In this document: positions 48,816 through 57,336 of the stretch, piece after piece | Numbering within the stretch: the first letter of the stretch is position 1 | Layout: every line of letters starts with the position of its first letter | Assembly: GCA_900544885.1 (NCBI GenBank) | Contig: UQWU01000002.1 | Span: 23,057 to 87,056 of the forward strand | Length of the DNA: 64,000 nt | Origin: an uncultured Phascolarctobacterium sp. | Lineage (GTDB): Bacteria; Bacillota; Negativicutes; Acidaminococcales; Acidaminococcaceae | Direction of reading: 5' to 3' | The notes under the pieces: model-generated | Databases searched by the model: none | What the model was told of the DNA's origin: nothing | What the model saw: the letters and a program-made list of their open reading frames with translations, nothing else | Program-made: the position numbers and the translations under genes

Positions 48816-50087
48816 GTGATGAAGCTTAATAAGATTTTAATGTTTGCTGCAATGACCTGTGTGCCATTGCAGCATGCTTTTTCTGCACCGGTAACAAGTG
48901 TTGATGTACAGGTTATTGATGTTAATGCAGGTACTAGTCCTATACTTTTAGAGAAGATGAGTGCGAGTATGCAGGTTGTAGCTACGCAGCTTTTCGTCGA
49001 TAAGGATACTACAACTATTACTGCTGCGAAAGATGATTATATTCGTCTTTTGACAGAAATCGGCGATCGTGTTTTTACTGGCTATGAGCTTACTGCAGTG
49101 GATATGAACGTAGGTGGTAATCTAAGCATTGCCTTATATGCTCGTCCGTGGAGCTCCATTATTACCGAGCCGAAGATAGATTTGGAATTTTCCGGCGTAG
49201 AGCCGCAAACAGCATCTTTATTGCAAAAACGCATTCCGCAGCTTAAAGAAAAACTACGGCAGACTATCAGTGGTGCTTCTGTAGATGCCAGTGACTGGGC
49301 TGGTGGAGTTTTGCGTAAAATGGTCCGTGAGGAAATAGAACGTCAGCTGCCGGAATTTAAAGCTGCGGTGGATGTACTGCAGGAAAATAATCAAACTGTA
49401 GTACAAATAGTTATCTATCCTGTAGGACAATTAGTGCGCAATATCGATTATGAATTGCGTAGTGAGGCAGTACCTAATATACTGCTGATGAACATGAAAT
49501 ATAAGTATGACGGAGAGTGCGATAAGCTGCGCGGTCTGCCGTTGGCTTATATCAAGCGTCATAAGCAGGAATTAGAACAGATACTTACAGAAAAGCTTTT
49601 AAATGAGCCTGAGGTTAAAAATTTTAATTTGCAGCCTGTAGTAACTTTGACACCAGAGGCGGATTTAGGTGTTAATATTATGATAACTTCGGACGAATAT
49701 AAAATCTGGTTCGAGGGCTATGGTGATATTGGGCGAGATAGGAATAATTTATCTGGCAAAGCACATATAGGTAAATTCGTTTCAAAAAATGGTGAGCTTT
49801 TTGGTGAAGCTGAAGTTTTATTAGATGATGTAGAGTGGCGCTTTGCTCCTGGATATGCTCATTATTGGGGCAAGAGTACGTTTAGCTATATGCGTCGTAT
49901 TCCTCTTGCAGATAATGTTTATAAACTGGAATATAATCTTAGTCCTAAATGGCGTTTGCGTGCAGAGCATTTTTCTGGTGATGATCGAAATGAATTTGCG
50001 GTACGTTATCGTATCCATGAATTTCTAAGTGCAGAATACGTTTATGGTGGGGACGAACTTTATTTACAAATCATAGGAAATTTATAG
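48816..50087 (+). CDS. Secreted hypothetical protein (423 aa) of the OM cluster, with beta-strand-like alternating hydrophobic residues in its C-terminal third
   Basis: The signal peptide is MMKLNKILMFAAMTCVPLQHAFSA. It shows no recognisable catalytic motif and no SLH motif. The C-terminus (KLEYNLSPKWRLRAEHFSGDDRNEFAVRYRIHEFLSAEYVYGGDELYLQIIGNL) has an alternating hydrophobic pattern. Confidence 0.5.
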   Translation: MMKLNKILMFAAMTCVPLQHAFSAPVTSVDVQVIDVNAGTSPILLEKMSASMQVVATQLFVDKDTTTITAAKDDYIRLLTEIGDRVFTGYELTAVDMNVGGNLSIALYARPWSSIITEPKIDLEFSGVEPQTASLLQKRIPQLKEKLRQTISGASVDASDWAGGVLRKMVREEIERQLPEFKAAVDVLQENNQTVVQIVIYPVGQLVRNIDYELRSEAVPNILLMNMKYKYDGECDKLRGLPLAYIKRHKQELEQILTEKLLNEPEVKNFNLQPVVTLTPEADLGVNIMITSDEYKIWFEGYGDIGRDRNNLSGKAHIGKFVSKNGELFGEAEVLLDDVEWRFAPGYAHYWGKSTFSYMRRIPLADNVYKLEYNLSPKWRLRAEHFSGDDRNEFAVRYRIHEFLSAEYVYGGDELYLQIIGNL

Positions 50088-50093
50088 CTATTC

Positions 50094-50122
50094 TTGAAAG
50101 AATTGGTGTAGACTGTTATAAT
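50094..50122 (+). promoter_or_regulatory. Sigma-A-like promoter upstream of the skp genes
   Basis: TTGAAA is followed by a 17-nt spacer and TATAAT. Confidence 0.55.
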
Positions 50123-50175
50123 AAAATATATATGTTTATTTAATTTTATAGTCAAAGAAAGTAGGTATTTTAATC

Positions 50176-50661
50176 ATGATGCAGCAATTGCGTAATCCCA
50201 AAAATGTAAAAGTAATTTCCCTGTTTATTGCAGCTGTTTTTGTTCTGGGCTGTTTTGCACTGTCCTTCACTCAAAGCGGCTTCGGTAAATCTGCGTCTGC
50301 AGCTTCCAGTGAATCTGCAATCGGTGTTGTAAATTACCAAATGCTGATCGCTCAAAGCCCGGACCTGAAAAGTGTTGATGAAGCTATGAGAAAAGAAGTT
50401 GAAACTGCGCAAAAAGATTTTAATGAAAAAAGCAAGAACATGAATGAATCTGAAAAAAGACGTTTCTATACTCAAACTCAAGAACGTCTGCAAAATAAAC
50501 AAAAAGAATTGATGAATCCTGTTCTGAAAAAAATTGAAGAAAGCATTAAAAAAGTAGCAGATAAAAAAGGTTTGTCCGTAGTTGTAGAAAAAGCTACCGT
50601 AGTTTACGGTGGTGTTGACATTACCGACGAAGTTGCTAAAACTCTGCAATCTGCAAAATAA
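50176..50661 (+). CDS. skp: OmpH/Skp-family periplasmic chaperone (copy 1)
   Basis: The 161-aa protein has a signal peptide and a coiled-coil body. It ends with the Skp-like SVVVEKATVVYGGVDITDEVAKTLQ. Confidence 0.8.
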   Translation: MMQQLRNPKNVKVISLFIAAVFVLGCFALSFTQSGFGKSASAASSESAIGVVNYQMLIAQSPDLKSVDEAMRKEVETAQKDFNEKSKNMNESEKRRFYTQTQERLQNKQKELMNPVLKKIEESIKKVADKKGLSVVVEKATVVYGGVDITDEVAKTLQSAK

Positions 50662-50724
50662 GAACCTTGGACAGGCCCTGTGAAATAAAAGGGCCTTCTT
50701 TACTGTAAAACAAAGGAGAAACAC

Positions 50725-51642
50725 ATGGCTATAACAAGGATGGGGAAAATCAGTGCTGTTCTTGTGGCTGCTATGCTTATTTCTGCTTGCGGTGCCAATA
50801 TTCATGGGCAGCAGGAAAAAATAGCTGTTGTCAATTGGGATAAGGCACAGGCGGAACATCCTCAATATACTAAACTGGAAAAAGGTGAAAAGATACTGAA
50901 GGATTTGTTGCTGAAACGCAAGGGTCAGGAACAACTGGCAAAGGTACAGATGGGAAGTCTGCAAAAATTGCGTAATTTACGTCAGTTAAGTCAGCAAGGA
51001 TATTTGCAGGCAGAATTTAATACCAAAATGGTAGAACAGCGTGAGCGTGAAAATGTCAAGCTGCGTAAATTTGTAGATACTGTAGAGGCGGAAGCCGAAG
51101 CAAAGGTTGCTGTCAGACGCAAAAGTGTAGAGGATAGCTATCAGCTGCAGCTTTTCAATTTGCGGGCGGTGCTTGCCTCAGTAAAAATGAAGCCTGAGGA
51201 AAAAGCTAAGCTACAGGAAGAATTGCAGCAGGTACAACAGAAGCGTGCCGTGGAAATGCAGGCTGTAAATATGGAAAAACAAGCATACATTGATGCTAAG
51301 GTTAAACCGTATGTAGCAGAAATGCAGCAGCGCTTGGCTGAGGCAGCACAGGAGTACCATGCAGATATTGCGCAACAGCTGAATGCACGTGAGGGTAAGG
51401 ACCGGAAGCTTCTGGAGGAAGCCTCCCCTGCTTTAAATAATGCATTAAGCATTATGGATAAAGAAATTGATAAGCAGCAGGAAAAAAATGATAAACTGCG
51501 TAAAAAAATCAATAACGATATCGAAAGCAGTGCGATTAAGCTGGCACATGAACGTGGTTATACAATAGTATTTAATAAATATAAGGTTAATCTTAAAGCT
51601 GATGATATCACTGATGCAGTGGTTCAGGAATTAAAAAAATAA
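50725..51642 (+). CDS. OmpH/Skp-like coiled-coil periplasmic protein (copy 2, extended)
   Basis: The 305-aa protein has a signal or lipoprotein-like N-terminus (LISAC). It has a long Gln/Glu/Lys-rich coiled coil. Its C-terminus (GYTIVFNKYKVNLKADDITDAVVQELKK) resembles the Skp C-terminus. Confidence 0.65.
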   Translation: MAITRMGKISAVLVAAMLISACGANIHGQQEKIAVVNWDKAQAEHPQYTKLEKGEKILKDLLLKRKGQEQLAKVQMGSLQKLRNLRQLSQQGYLQAEFNTKMVEQRERENVKLRKFVDTVEAEAEAKVAVRRKSVEDSYQLQLFNLRAVLASVKMKPEEKAKLQEELQQVQQKRAVEMQAVNMEKQAYIDAKVKPYVAEMQQRLAEAAQEYHADIAQQLNAREGKDRKLLEEASPALNNALSIMDKEIDKQQEKNDKLRKKINNDIESSAIKLAHERGYTIVFNKYKVNLKADDITDAVVQELKK

Positions 51643-51671
51643 ATCTGTAATATAAGCGAGGTTTTATAATT

Positions 51672-52079
51672 ATGAAAAAAGTAATTGCCGGTTTAATGAT
51701 TGCCGCTTCTATGTTAACTTTTGGCTGCGGTGGCCGTAATGCCGAATTCGGTACTGTTGATATGAAACAAGTTGAAGCAGAAGCTCCTATTATGAAAACA
51801 ACTCAAGAAGATTTCACCAAGAAAATGACCGAACTTAAAGGCCAAATGGAAAAAGACTTGGCAGGTAAAAGCGGTGAAGAAGCTGCTAAGGTTACTGAAG
51901 ATTATTCTGCAAAAGCTAAATTAGTACAAAGTGAAGCACAAAATAAAATCAAATCCAGCTTGGATGCAGCTTTGAATCAAGTTGCTAAAGAAAAAGGCTT
52001 GGGCGCTATTATGATTAAAGAAGCTGTTCCTCAAGGCGGCACTGATGTTACTAAAGACGTTATTGCAAAAATGAAATAG
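51672..52079 (+). CDS. OmpH/Skp-like lipoprotein (copy 3)
   Basis: The 135-aa protein has the lipobox LTFGC. Its C-terminus (GLGAIMIKEAVPQGGTDVTKDVIAKMK) parallels copy 1. Confidence 0.7.
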   Translation: MKKVIAGLMIAASMLTFGCGGRNAEFGTVDMKQVEAEAPIMKTTQEDFTKKMTELKGQMEKDLAGKSGEEAAKVTEDYSAKAKLVQSEAQNKIKSSLDAALNQVAKEKGLGAIMIKEAVPQGGTDVTKDVIAKMK

Positions 52080-52094
52080 TTTAAGCACCCTAAG

Positions 52095-52121
52095 CGGGCG
52101 GGTCCGTCCGTCCGCTTTTTT
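52095..52121 (+). terminator. Rho-independent terminator after the skp genes
   Basis: GCGGGCGG tccgt CCGTCCGC, with one G-U pair, is followed by TTTTTT. Confidence 0.75.
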
Positions 52122-52139
52122 GCATTATTGCAAAGTAAT

Positions 52140-52157
52140 TTCTGTATTTATACAGAA
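52140..52157 (+). promoter_or_regulatory. 18-bp perfect palindrome directly upstream of the lpxD RBS, a candidate operator
   Basis: The palindrome is TTCTGTAT tt ATACAGAA. The lpxD RBS GGAGGT starts 4 nt downstream. Confidence 0.45.
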
Positions 52158-52171
52158 GATGGAGGTATGAA

Positions 52172-53200
52172 ATGGAGAAGAGTGTACAAGAATTAGCTGA
52201 ATTTTTACACGGAACAGTAGAACATGACAACTCTGCTTTAAAAATTACCGGCGTTAACGGTTTAGTTGAAGCAGGTCCAAAAGATATTTCTTTTGCTGTT
52301 CCGCCGCATGTTGAGCATTGCCATTTGAGCAAAGCAGGTGTTATGGTATTAAGTCACGAAGACCCCGAACTGGACGGTCGTCCGGTTATTCGTGTCGAAA
52401 ATCCTCGTGCTGCTTTTGCTGCTTTGTTAGAATTATTCCGTGCTCCTGAAGAAGTAGAACGTACTATAAGCCCCATGGCTTATGTATCTGCGAAAGCAAA
52501 AATTGGTGCGAATGTAGCAATCCAACCTTTTGCTGTTATTGAAGATGACGCAGAAGTAGGTGACGGTTGCATTATTTATCCCCATGCTTATGTTGGTAAA
52601 CGTGTAAAAATGGGTGCTGACTGCATTCTTTATCCTAATACCACCATTCGTGAAGATTGTGTTTTAGGTAATCGTGTTATCCTGCAATCTGGAGCTGTTA
52701 TCGGCGGTGACGGCTTTGGTTACATTACTCAAAACGGTAAACATAGCAAGGTATTACAAACAGGTAATGTTGTATTGCAGGATGATGTTGAAATCGGTAA
52801 TAACACTTGTATCGACCGTGCAACTGTTGACAGTACTATTGTTGGCAAGGGCACTAAGATTGATAATCTGGTACATTTAGGTCACAATGATATTTTAGGT
52901 GAAAACTGCTTGGTTGTAGCACACGTTGGTATTTCCGGTAGTGTTACCGTTGGCAATAACGTTACTTTTGCAGGTCAGGTAGGTACTGTAGGTCATATCA
53001 CTATCGGTGATAACTGTGTATTCGGTGGTAAGACCGGTGTTACTAATAATGTACCGGCAAATTCCGTAATGGGTGGCTTCCCTGCAATGCCGATGAAGGA
53101 ATGGTTGCGTCAGGAAGCAAGCTTGCGTAAAGTTAGTGAAATAGCTAAGCGTGTTAAAGCATTAGAAAAAGAACTGCAGAAACTGCAGGAAATGAAGTAA
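52172..53200 (+). CDS. lpxD: UDP-3-O-(3-hydroxyacyl)glucosamine N-acyltransferase
   Basis: The protein has left-handed beta-helix hexapeptide repeats ([LIV]G..xx repeated; IGNNTCIDRATV...GHNDILGENCLVVAHVGISGSVTVGNNVTFAGQVG) and a C-terminal helix. Confidence 0.9.
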   Translation: MEKSVQELAEFLHGTVEHDNSALKITGVNGLVEAGPKDISFAVPPHVEHCHLSKAGVMVLSHEDPELDGRPVIRVENPRAAFAALLELFRAPEEVERTISPMAYVSAKAKIGANVAIQPFAVIEDDAEVGDGCIIYPHAYVGKRVKMGADCILYPNTTIREDCVLGNRVILQSGAVIGGDGFGYITQNGKHSKVLQTGNVVLQDDVEIGNNTCIDRATVDSTIVGKGTKIDNLVHLGHNDILGENCLVVAHVGISGSVTVGNNVTFAGQVGTVGHITIGDNCVFGGKTGVTNNVPANSVMGGFPAMPMKEWLRQEASLRKVSEIAKRVKALEKELQKLQEMK

Positions 53201-53218
53201 TTATAAGGGAGTGGAGTA

Positions 53219-54109
53219 GTGTTAGGCTACTATATTGTTAAGCTTTTCAGCAAGTTAATGTGCATTTCTCCGCGTTTTGTACGTAACCTGCTAGCACATT
53301 TTTTAGGCAGCGTAGCTGTTTTAGTAGTACCGCGTTGGCGTATGCAGATGGCGGAAGCAAATATCCGTGAATGTTTAGGCGTTAGCGATGAACGTGCAAA
53401 ACAGATTGCTGCTGATAGTTTGCATCGTTTTGGTCGCATGGTTATAGAAGTAATGCGTTTCCCCTTGCTCAATGAAAAGACCATCCATGAGCAGGTTCAG
53501 GTTGAGGGTTTAGAATATTTGGAAACTGCTTATGCAGAAGGCAAAGGTGTCATCATGGCTACAGGTCACTATGGAAACTGGGAGCTTTTAGGTGCTACTG
53601 TTGCTCTGCACGGCTATCCGATGCTGTCTATTACTCGTAAACAGAATAACAGCCATATGGATAAGGCAATTAATGAATTTCGTGAGATGGTGGGACAACA
53701 GGTAACTTATAATCGTGGTAAGCACGGCCTTTTGGCTATTAGCCGTATGCTTAAGGAGAAAAATCTTTTAGGCGTACTTTTTGACCAGGATACTAATGAT
53801 GACGGCGTTGAGCTGGATTTATTCGGTAAACGTTCTGTTATCCCCATGGGTGCAGCCGCTTTATCACGTATTTACGGCTCTCCGATTTTGCCGATTTTTA
53901 TGCATAATAACGATGACGGCACTTGCTGTGCTAAAATTTATCCGCCTTTGTACACCCCGAAAACAGGCGATAAGCAAAGAGATTTTTATCAGGTTACGCG
54001 TAAATTGGTAGATATCTTAGAGATGGAAATCATTAATCACCCGGAAATGTGGTTCTGGGTACACGATCGTTGGAAAGATGGCAGACAACGATTCGGTAAA
54101 AAGAAATAA
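53219..54109 (+). CDS. Lipid A biosynthesis late acyltransferase (LpxL/HtrB/MsbB family; lysophospholipid acyltransferase superfamily)
   Basis: The 296-aa protein has the LPLAT-family motifs GHYGNWELL and IFMHNNDDG plus an N-terminal hydrophobic anchor. It uses a GTG start after GGGAGTGGAG. Confidence 0.75.
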   Translation: MLGYYIVKLFSKLMCISPRFVRNLLAHFLGSVAVLVVPRWRMQMAEANIRECLGVSDERAKQIAADSLHRFGRMVIEVMRFPLLNEKTIHEQVQVEGLEYLETAYAEGKGVIMATGHYGNWELLGATVALHGYPMLSITRKQNNSHMDKAINEFREMVGQQVTYNRGKHGLLAISRMLKEKNLLGVLFDQDTNDDGVELDLFGKRSVIPMGAAALSRIYGSPILPIFMHNNDDGTCCAKIYPPLYTPKTGDKQRDFYQVTRKLVDILEMEIINHPEMWFWVHDRWKDGRQRFGKKK

Positions 54110-54127
54110 TTTAGAAGGAGGATAAAG

Positions 54128-54976
54128 ATGGCTGAAGAAATAAAAGAATATCAACATACTATTGCCAAGGAAGTTTCTTATTCCGGCATTGGTTTACATT
54201 CCGGTAAAGATGTTTTAATGACTTTAAAACCTGCTGCCGAGAATACAGGCATCACCTTTATTCGTACAGACCTTCCGGGTAAACCGGAAATAAAAGCCTT
54301 GGCAGAGAATGTAAGTTCTACTGTTAAAGCAACTACTCTGAGCGCTAATGGAGCAGAAGTTTTCACTGTAGAACATTTAATGGGTGCTTTGTCCATGATG
54401 GCTATTGATAATATCCGTATTGAAATGTCTTCTCCGGAACCACCGGTAACTGATGGCAGTGCAAAGATATTTTGTGAGCTGATTGAACAGGCCGGTATTG
54501 CTGAGCAAGCTGCTGAACGTCATGTATATGTTGTTGACAAAGCTTTCTCTGTTTATGACGGTGACCGTTATATTGTGGTTCTGCCTTATGATGGGTATAG
54601 AATTTCCTTTACATCTATTAACAAGCATCCGATGCTAGGTACTCAATATATGGATATTTTATTAGATAAGGAATCCTTTAAAAAAGAGATTATGGCTGCT
54701 AGAACAGTAGCTTTTACCTATGAACTGGATATGTTGAGAAAAATGGGTTTAGGTTTAGGTGGTTCTTTAGAAAACGTTGTTGTTTTTGACGAAGAAAAAA
54801 TCTTGTCCGTACCGCGTTTTGATGACGAATTGATTAGACATAAAATTTTAGATGCTATTGGCGACTTGTATCTTTTGGGACCGATTAAAGCACATGTCAT
54901 TGCTGTAAAAACCGGTCATGCTTTTAATGCTCAAATCGCAAAACAAATTCAGGCTTATAGAACAAAGGAGGAGTAA
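54128..54976 (+). CDS. lpxC: UDP-3-O-acyl-N-acetylglucosamine deacetylase
   Basis: The protein has HTIAKEVSYSGIGLHSG, TVEHLMGAL, and HKILDAIGDLYLLG, which contains the zinc ligands. Confidence 0.95.
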   Translation: MAEEIKEYQHTIAKEVSYSGIGLHSGKDVLMTLKPAAENTGITFIRTDLPGKPEIKALAENVSSTVKATTLSANGAEVFTVEHLMGALSMMAIDNIRIEMSSPEPPVTDGSAKIFCELIEQAGIAEQAAERHVYVVDKAFSVYDGDRYIVVLPYDGYRISFTSINKHPMLGTQYMDILLDKESFKKEIMAARTVAFTYELDMLRKMGLGLGGSLENVVVFDEEKILSVPRFDDELIRHKILDAIGDLYLLGPIKAHVIAVKTGHAFNAQIAKQIQAYRTKEE

Positions 54977-54979
54977 GAA

Positions 54980-55423
54980 ATGACTATGTTAGATATCAAT
55001 GAAATTAAAAAGATTTTACCGCATCGTTATCCTATGTTGCTGGTAGACCGTATTTTGGAAGTAGAACCGATGAAAAGAGCAGTAGGCGTTAAAAATATTA
55101 CTGCTAACGAAATGCAATTCCTGGGTCATTTCCCTAATGAACCTATTATGCCTGGTGTATTATTGATTGAAGCTATGGCACAAGTTGGCGGCGTTGCTAT
55201 GCTGTACCCGGAAGAAAACCGCGGTAAGATTGCTGTTTTTGCTAAAATCGATAATGTACGTTTCCGCAAACAAGTTATCCCTGGTGACCAAGTAATCACT
55301 ACTGCAGAAGTAACAAAAATCATGCGTGGCAATATGGGTATTATTCATTGTGAAGGTCGTGTAGATGGTAAAGTTGCTTGCGAATGCGACTGTACCTTCG
55401 CTATCATGGATCCTAAAAAATAA
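54980..55423 (+). CDS. fabZ: 3-hydroxyacyl-ACP dehydratase
   Basis: LPHRYPMLLVDRILE and FLGHFPNEPIMPGVLLIEAMAQVGG form the hot-dog fold active site. Confidence 0.95.
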   Translation: MTMLDINEIKKILPHRYPMLLVDRILEVEPMKRAVGVKNITANEMQFLGHFPNEPIMPGVLLIEAMAQVGGVAMLYPEENRGKIAVFAKIDNVRFRKQVIPGDQVITTAEVTKIMRGNMGIIHCEGRVDGKVACECDCTFAIMDPKK

Positions 55424-55608
55424 TAACAGGTAAAACATATCTAGCTGAAAAACATAGAAAAATGGCGAAATAGCTTAAAATTTCATGTTAATTTCAGAAA
55501 ACAGCTATTTTTGCCACGCGAAAATATGACTGTGGGAATGATTATAATACTATGTTGAATAGTATTTAATTAATTACCTGATTAATAATTTTTTGGGGAG
55601 TGAACATA

Positions 55609-56415
55609 ATGTCTTCAGTTATTTTGCCGGATAGTGGAATTCATGAAACCGCTATTATCCATCCTGACGCTAAAATCGGTAAGAATGTCAGCGTAGGTCC
55701 TTATGCTGTTATCGATTCTGATACCGTAATTGGCGATGGTTGTGTAATCGGTGCTCATGTTACCATTCATCAATATACAACTATTGGTAAAAATTGTACT
55801 TTTTATCCTGGTTGCTCCATTGGTGCAAAACCTCAGGATTTAAAATTTGTTGGTGAGAAATCTTATACCGTTATCGGTGACGGCGGTAGTTTCCGTGAAT
55901 GCTGCACTGTTAATAGAGGCTGCGGTGAAGAAACCGAGACCCGTATCGGAAATAACATTCTGATGATGGCTTATACCCATGTTGCACATAACTGCGTTGT
56001 TGGTAATAACGTTATTATGTCCAATGTGGCAACTTTAGCGGGCCATGTTATTGTAGAAGACCGTGCTGTTATCGGTGGTTTATCTGCAGTACATCAATTC
56101 TGCAAAGTTGGCCGTAATGTAATGATCGGTGGTATGGCTCGTGTCGTACAAGATATTCCGCCGTTTATGATTGTTGCCGGCGACCCCGCTTTTGTTTCCG
56201 GCCTGAACAGCGTTGGTCTGTCCCGTGCAGGTATGCCTGCTGAAGAACGCAGTGAACTGAAAAAAGCTTTCCGTATTCTTTATCGCAGTGGTCTGCCTCT
56301 GCAGGAAGCTATTGCTACTATGGAATCTGAATTGGAAAGCTATGAACCTGTAGAGCATCTACTGCGTTTCCTGCGCAATGTTGAACGTGGTATCATCCGT
56401 ACCCGTAGAGGCTAA
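55609..56415 (+). CDS. lpxA: Acyl-ACP:UDP-GlcNAc O-acyltransferase
   Basis: The protein has hexapeptide repeats and MMAYTHVAHNCVVGNNVIMSN. The ATG at 55609 follows TTGGGGAG. The track's GTG at 55600 overlaps the RBS. Confidence 0.9.
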   Translation: MSSVILPDSGIHETAIIHPDAKIGKNVSVGPYAVIDSDTVIGDGCVIGAHVTIHQYTTIGKNCTFYPGCSIGAKPQDLKFVGEKSYTVIGDGGSFRECCTVNRGCGEETETRIGNNILMMAYTHVAHNCVVGNNVIMSNVATLAGHVIVEDRAVIGGLSAVHQFCKVGRNVMIGGMARVVQDIPPFMIVAGDPAFVSGLNSVGLSRAGMPAEERSELKKAFRILYRSGLPLQEAIATMESELESYEPVEHLLRFLRNVERGIIRTRRG

Positions 56416-56418
56416 GCT

Positions 56419-57225
56419 ATGAAAAAATTAGGCATACTTTCCGGAATCGGTCATCTGCCTGTTGATGTGGCCCATTCTGCTAAAAGTATGGGATATGAAG
56501 TCGTTGCAATCGGTGTGGTTCCCAATATTGATGAGGAGCTGCCTACAAGCGTAGACTTTTATTATGATATCAATATCGGTAAGATTGGCAAAATTATTTC
56601 TACTTTAAAGAAACACAAAGTGACCAAGGTTACTATGATTGGTAAAGTAACTAAGGAAGTTTTGTATAAAGCCGGTGCTATTGTTCCTGACCTGCGTGCT
56701 ATCAAAATTTTAGCAAGTGTTCCTGATCGTAAGGATGATACAATCATGAATGCGATTGTTAAAGAATTGGAAAGCGAAGGCATTGAGGTTATGGACCAGA
56801 CACTGCTTATTAAACCTTTATTGCCGCAGCCAGGTGTGCTGACTAAGCGTCAGCCTACTGAAGCAGAGTTGGCAGATATGGAATTTGGCTTTGAAATGGC
56901 GAAGGCTATCGGTGGCTTGGATATCGGTCAGACTGTTGTCGTAAAAAATCGAGCAGTAATGGCCGTAGAAGCTATTGAGGGCACTGATGCCTGCATTTTA
57001 CGCGGCGGTTACTTAGGTAAAGGCGGCGTTATCGTAGCCAAAGCTGCTAAGCCTTCTCAAGATCAACGTTTCGATATCCCTGGTTTTGGTACTAAAACCT
57101 TGGAGTCCATGATTTATGCAGGTGCTACCGGTATTATCATCGAAGCTGGCAATACTTTGATTGCAGAGCGTGAAAAAACTATTGCTTTAGCTGATGAACA
57201 CAATATTACTATTGTTGTAAAATAA
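56419..57225 (+). CDS. lpxI: UDP-2,3-diacylglucosamine pyrophosphatase LpxI (DUF1009 family)
   Basis: The 268-aa protein has KLGILSGIGHLPVDVA...DIGQTVVVKNRAVMAVEAIEGTDACILRGG. It sits between lpxA and lpxB, the usual position of lpxI. No lpxH is seen. Confidence 0.75.
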   Translation: MKKLGILSGIGHLPVDVAHSAKSMGYEVVAIGVVPNIDEELPTSVDFYYDINIGKIGKIISTLKKHKVTKVTMIGKVTKEVLYKAGAIVPDLRAIKILASVPDRKDDTIMNAIVKELESEGIEVMDQTLLIKPLLPQPGVLTKRQPTEAELADMEFGFEMAKAIGGLDIGQTVVVKNRAVMAVEAIEGTDACILRGGYLGKGGVIVAKAAKPSQDQRFDIPGFGTKTLESMIYAGATGIIIEAGNTLIAEREKTIALADEHNITIVVK

Positions 57226-57336
57226 AATATCGTAAAAAAATTTGCATTTCTTTGCGGTTGGCAGACTATGTCAACCGCTTTTTGTGTTATAATATATACT
57301 GATAAATTATGTGAAAATATAGAACGAGGAGTAATC

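Noticed and set aside
48816-50087. Whether the 423-aa secreted protein is an OmpM-type SLH porin
   Set aside because: No SLH-domain signature was found in the N-terminal region. It is kept as hypothetical.
50170-50964. 264-aa minus-strand ORF overlapping skp copies 1-2
   Set aside because: It is antisense to two well-supported Skp genes, has low-complexity Phe/Leu/Cys-rich translation and no RBS. It is an artefact of AT-rich antisense reading.
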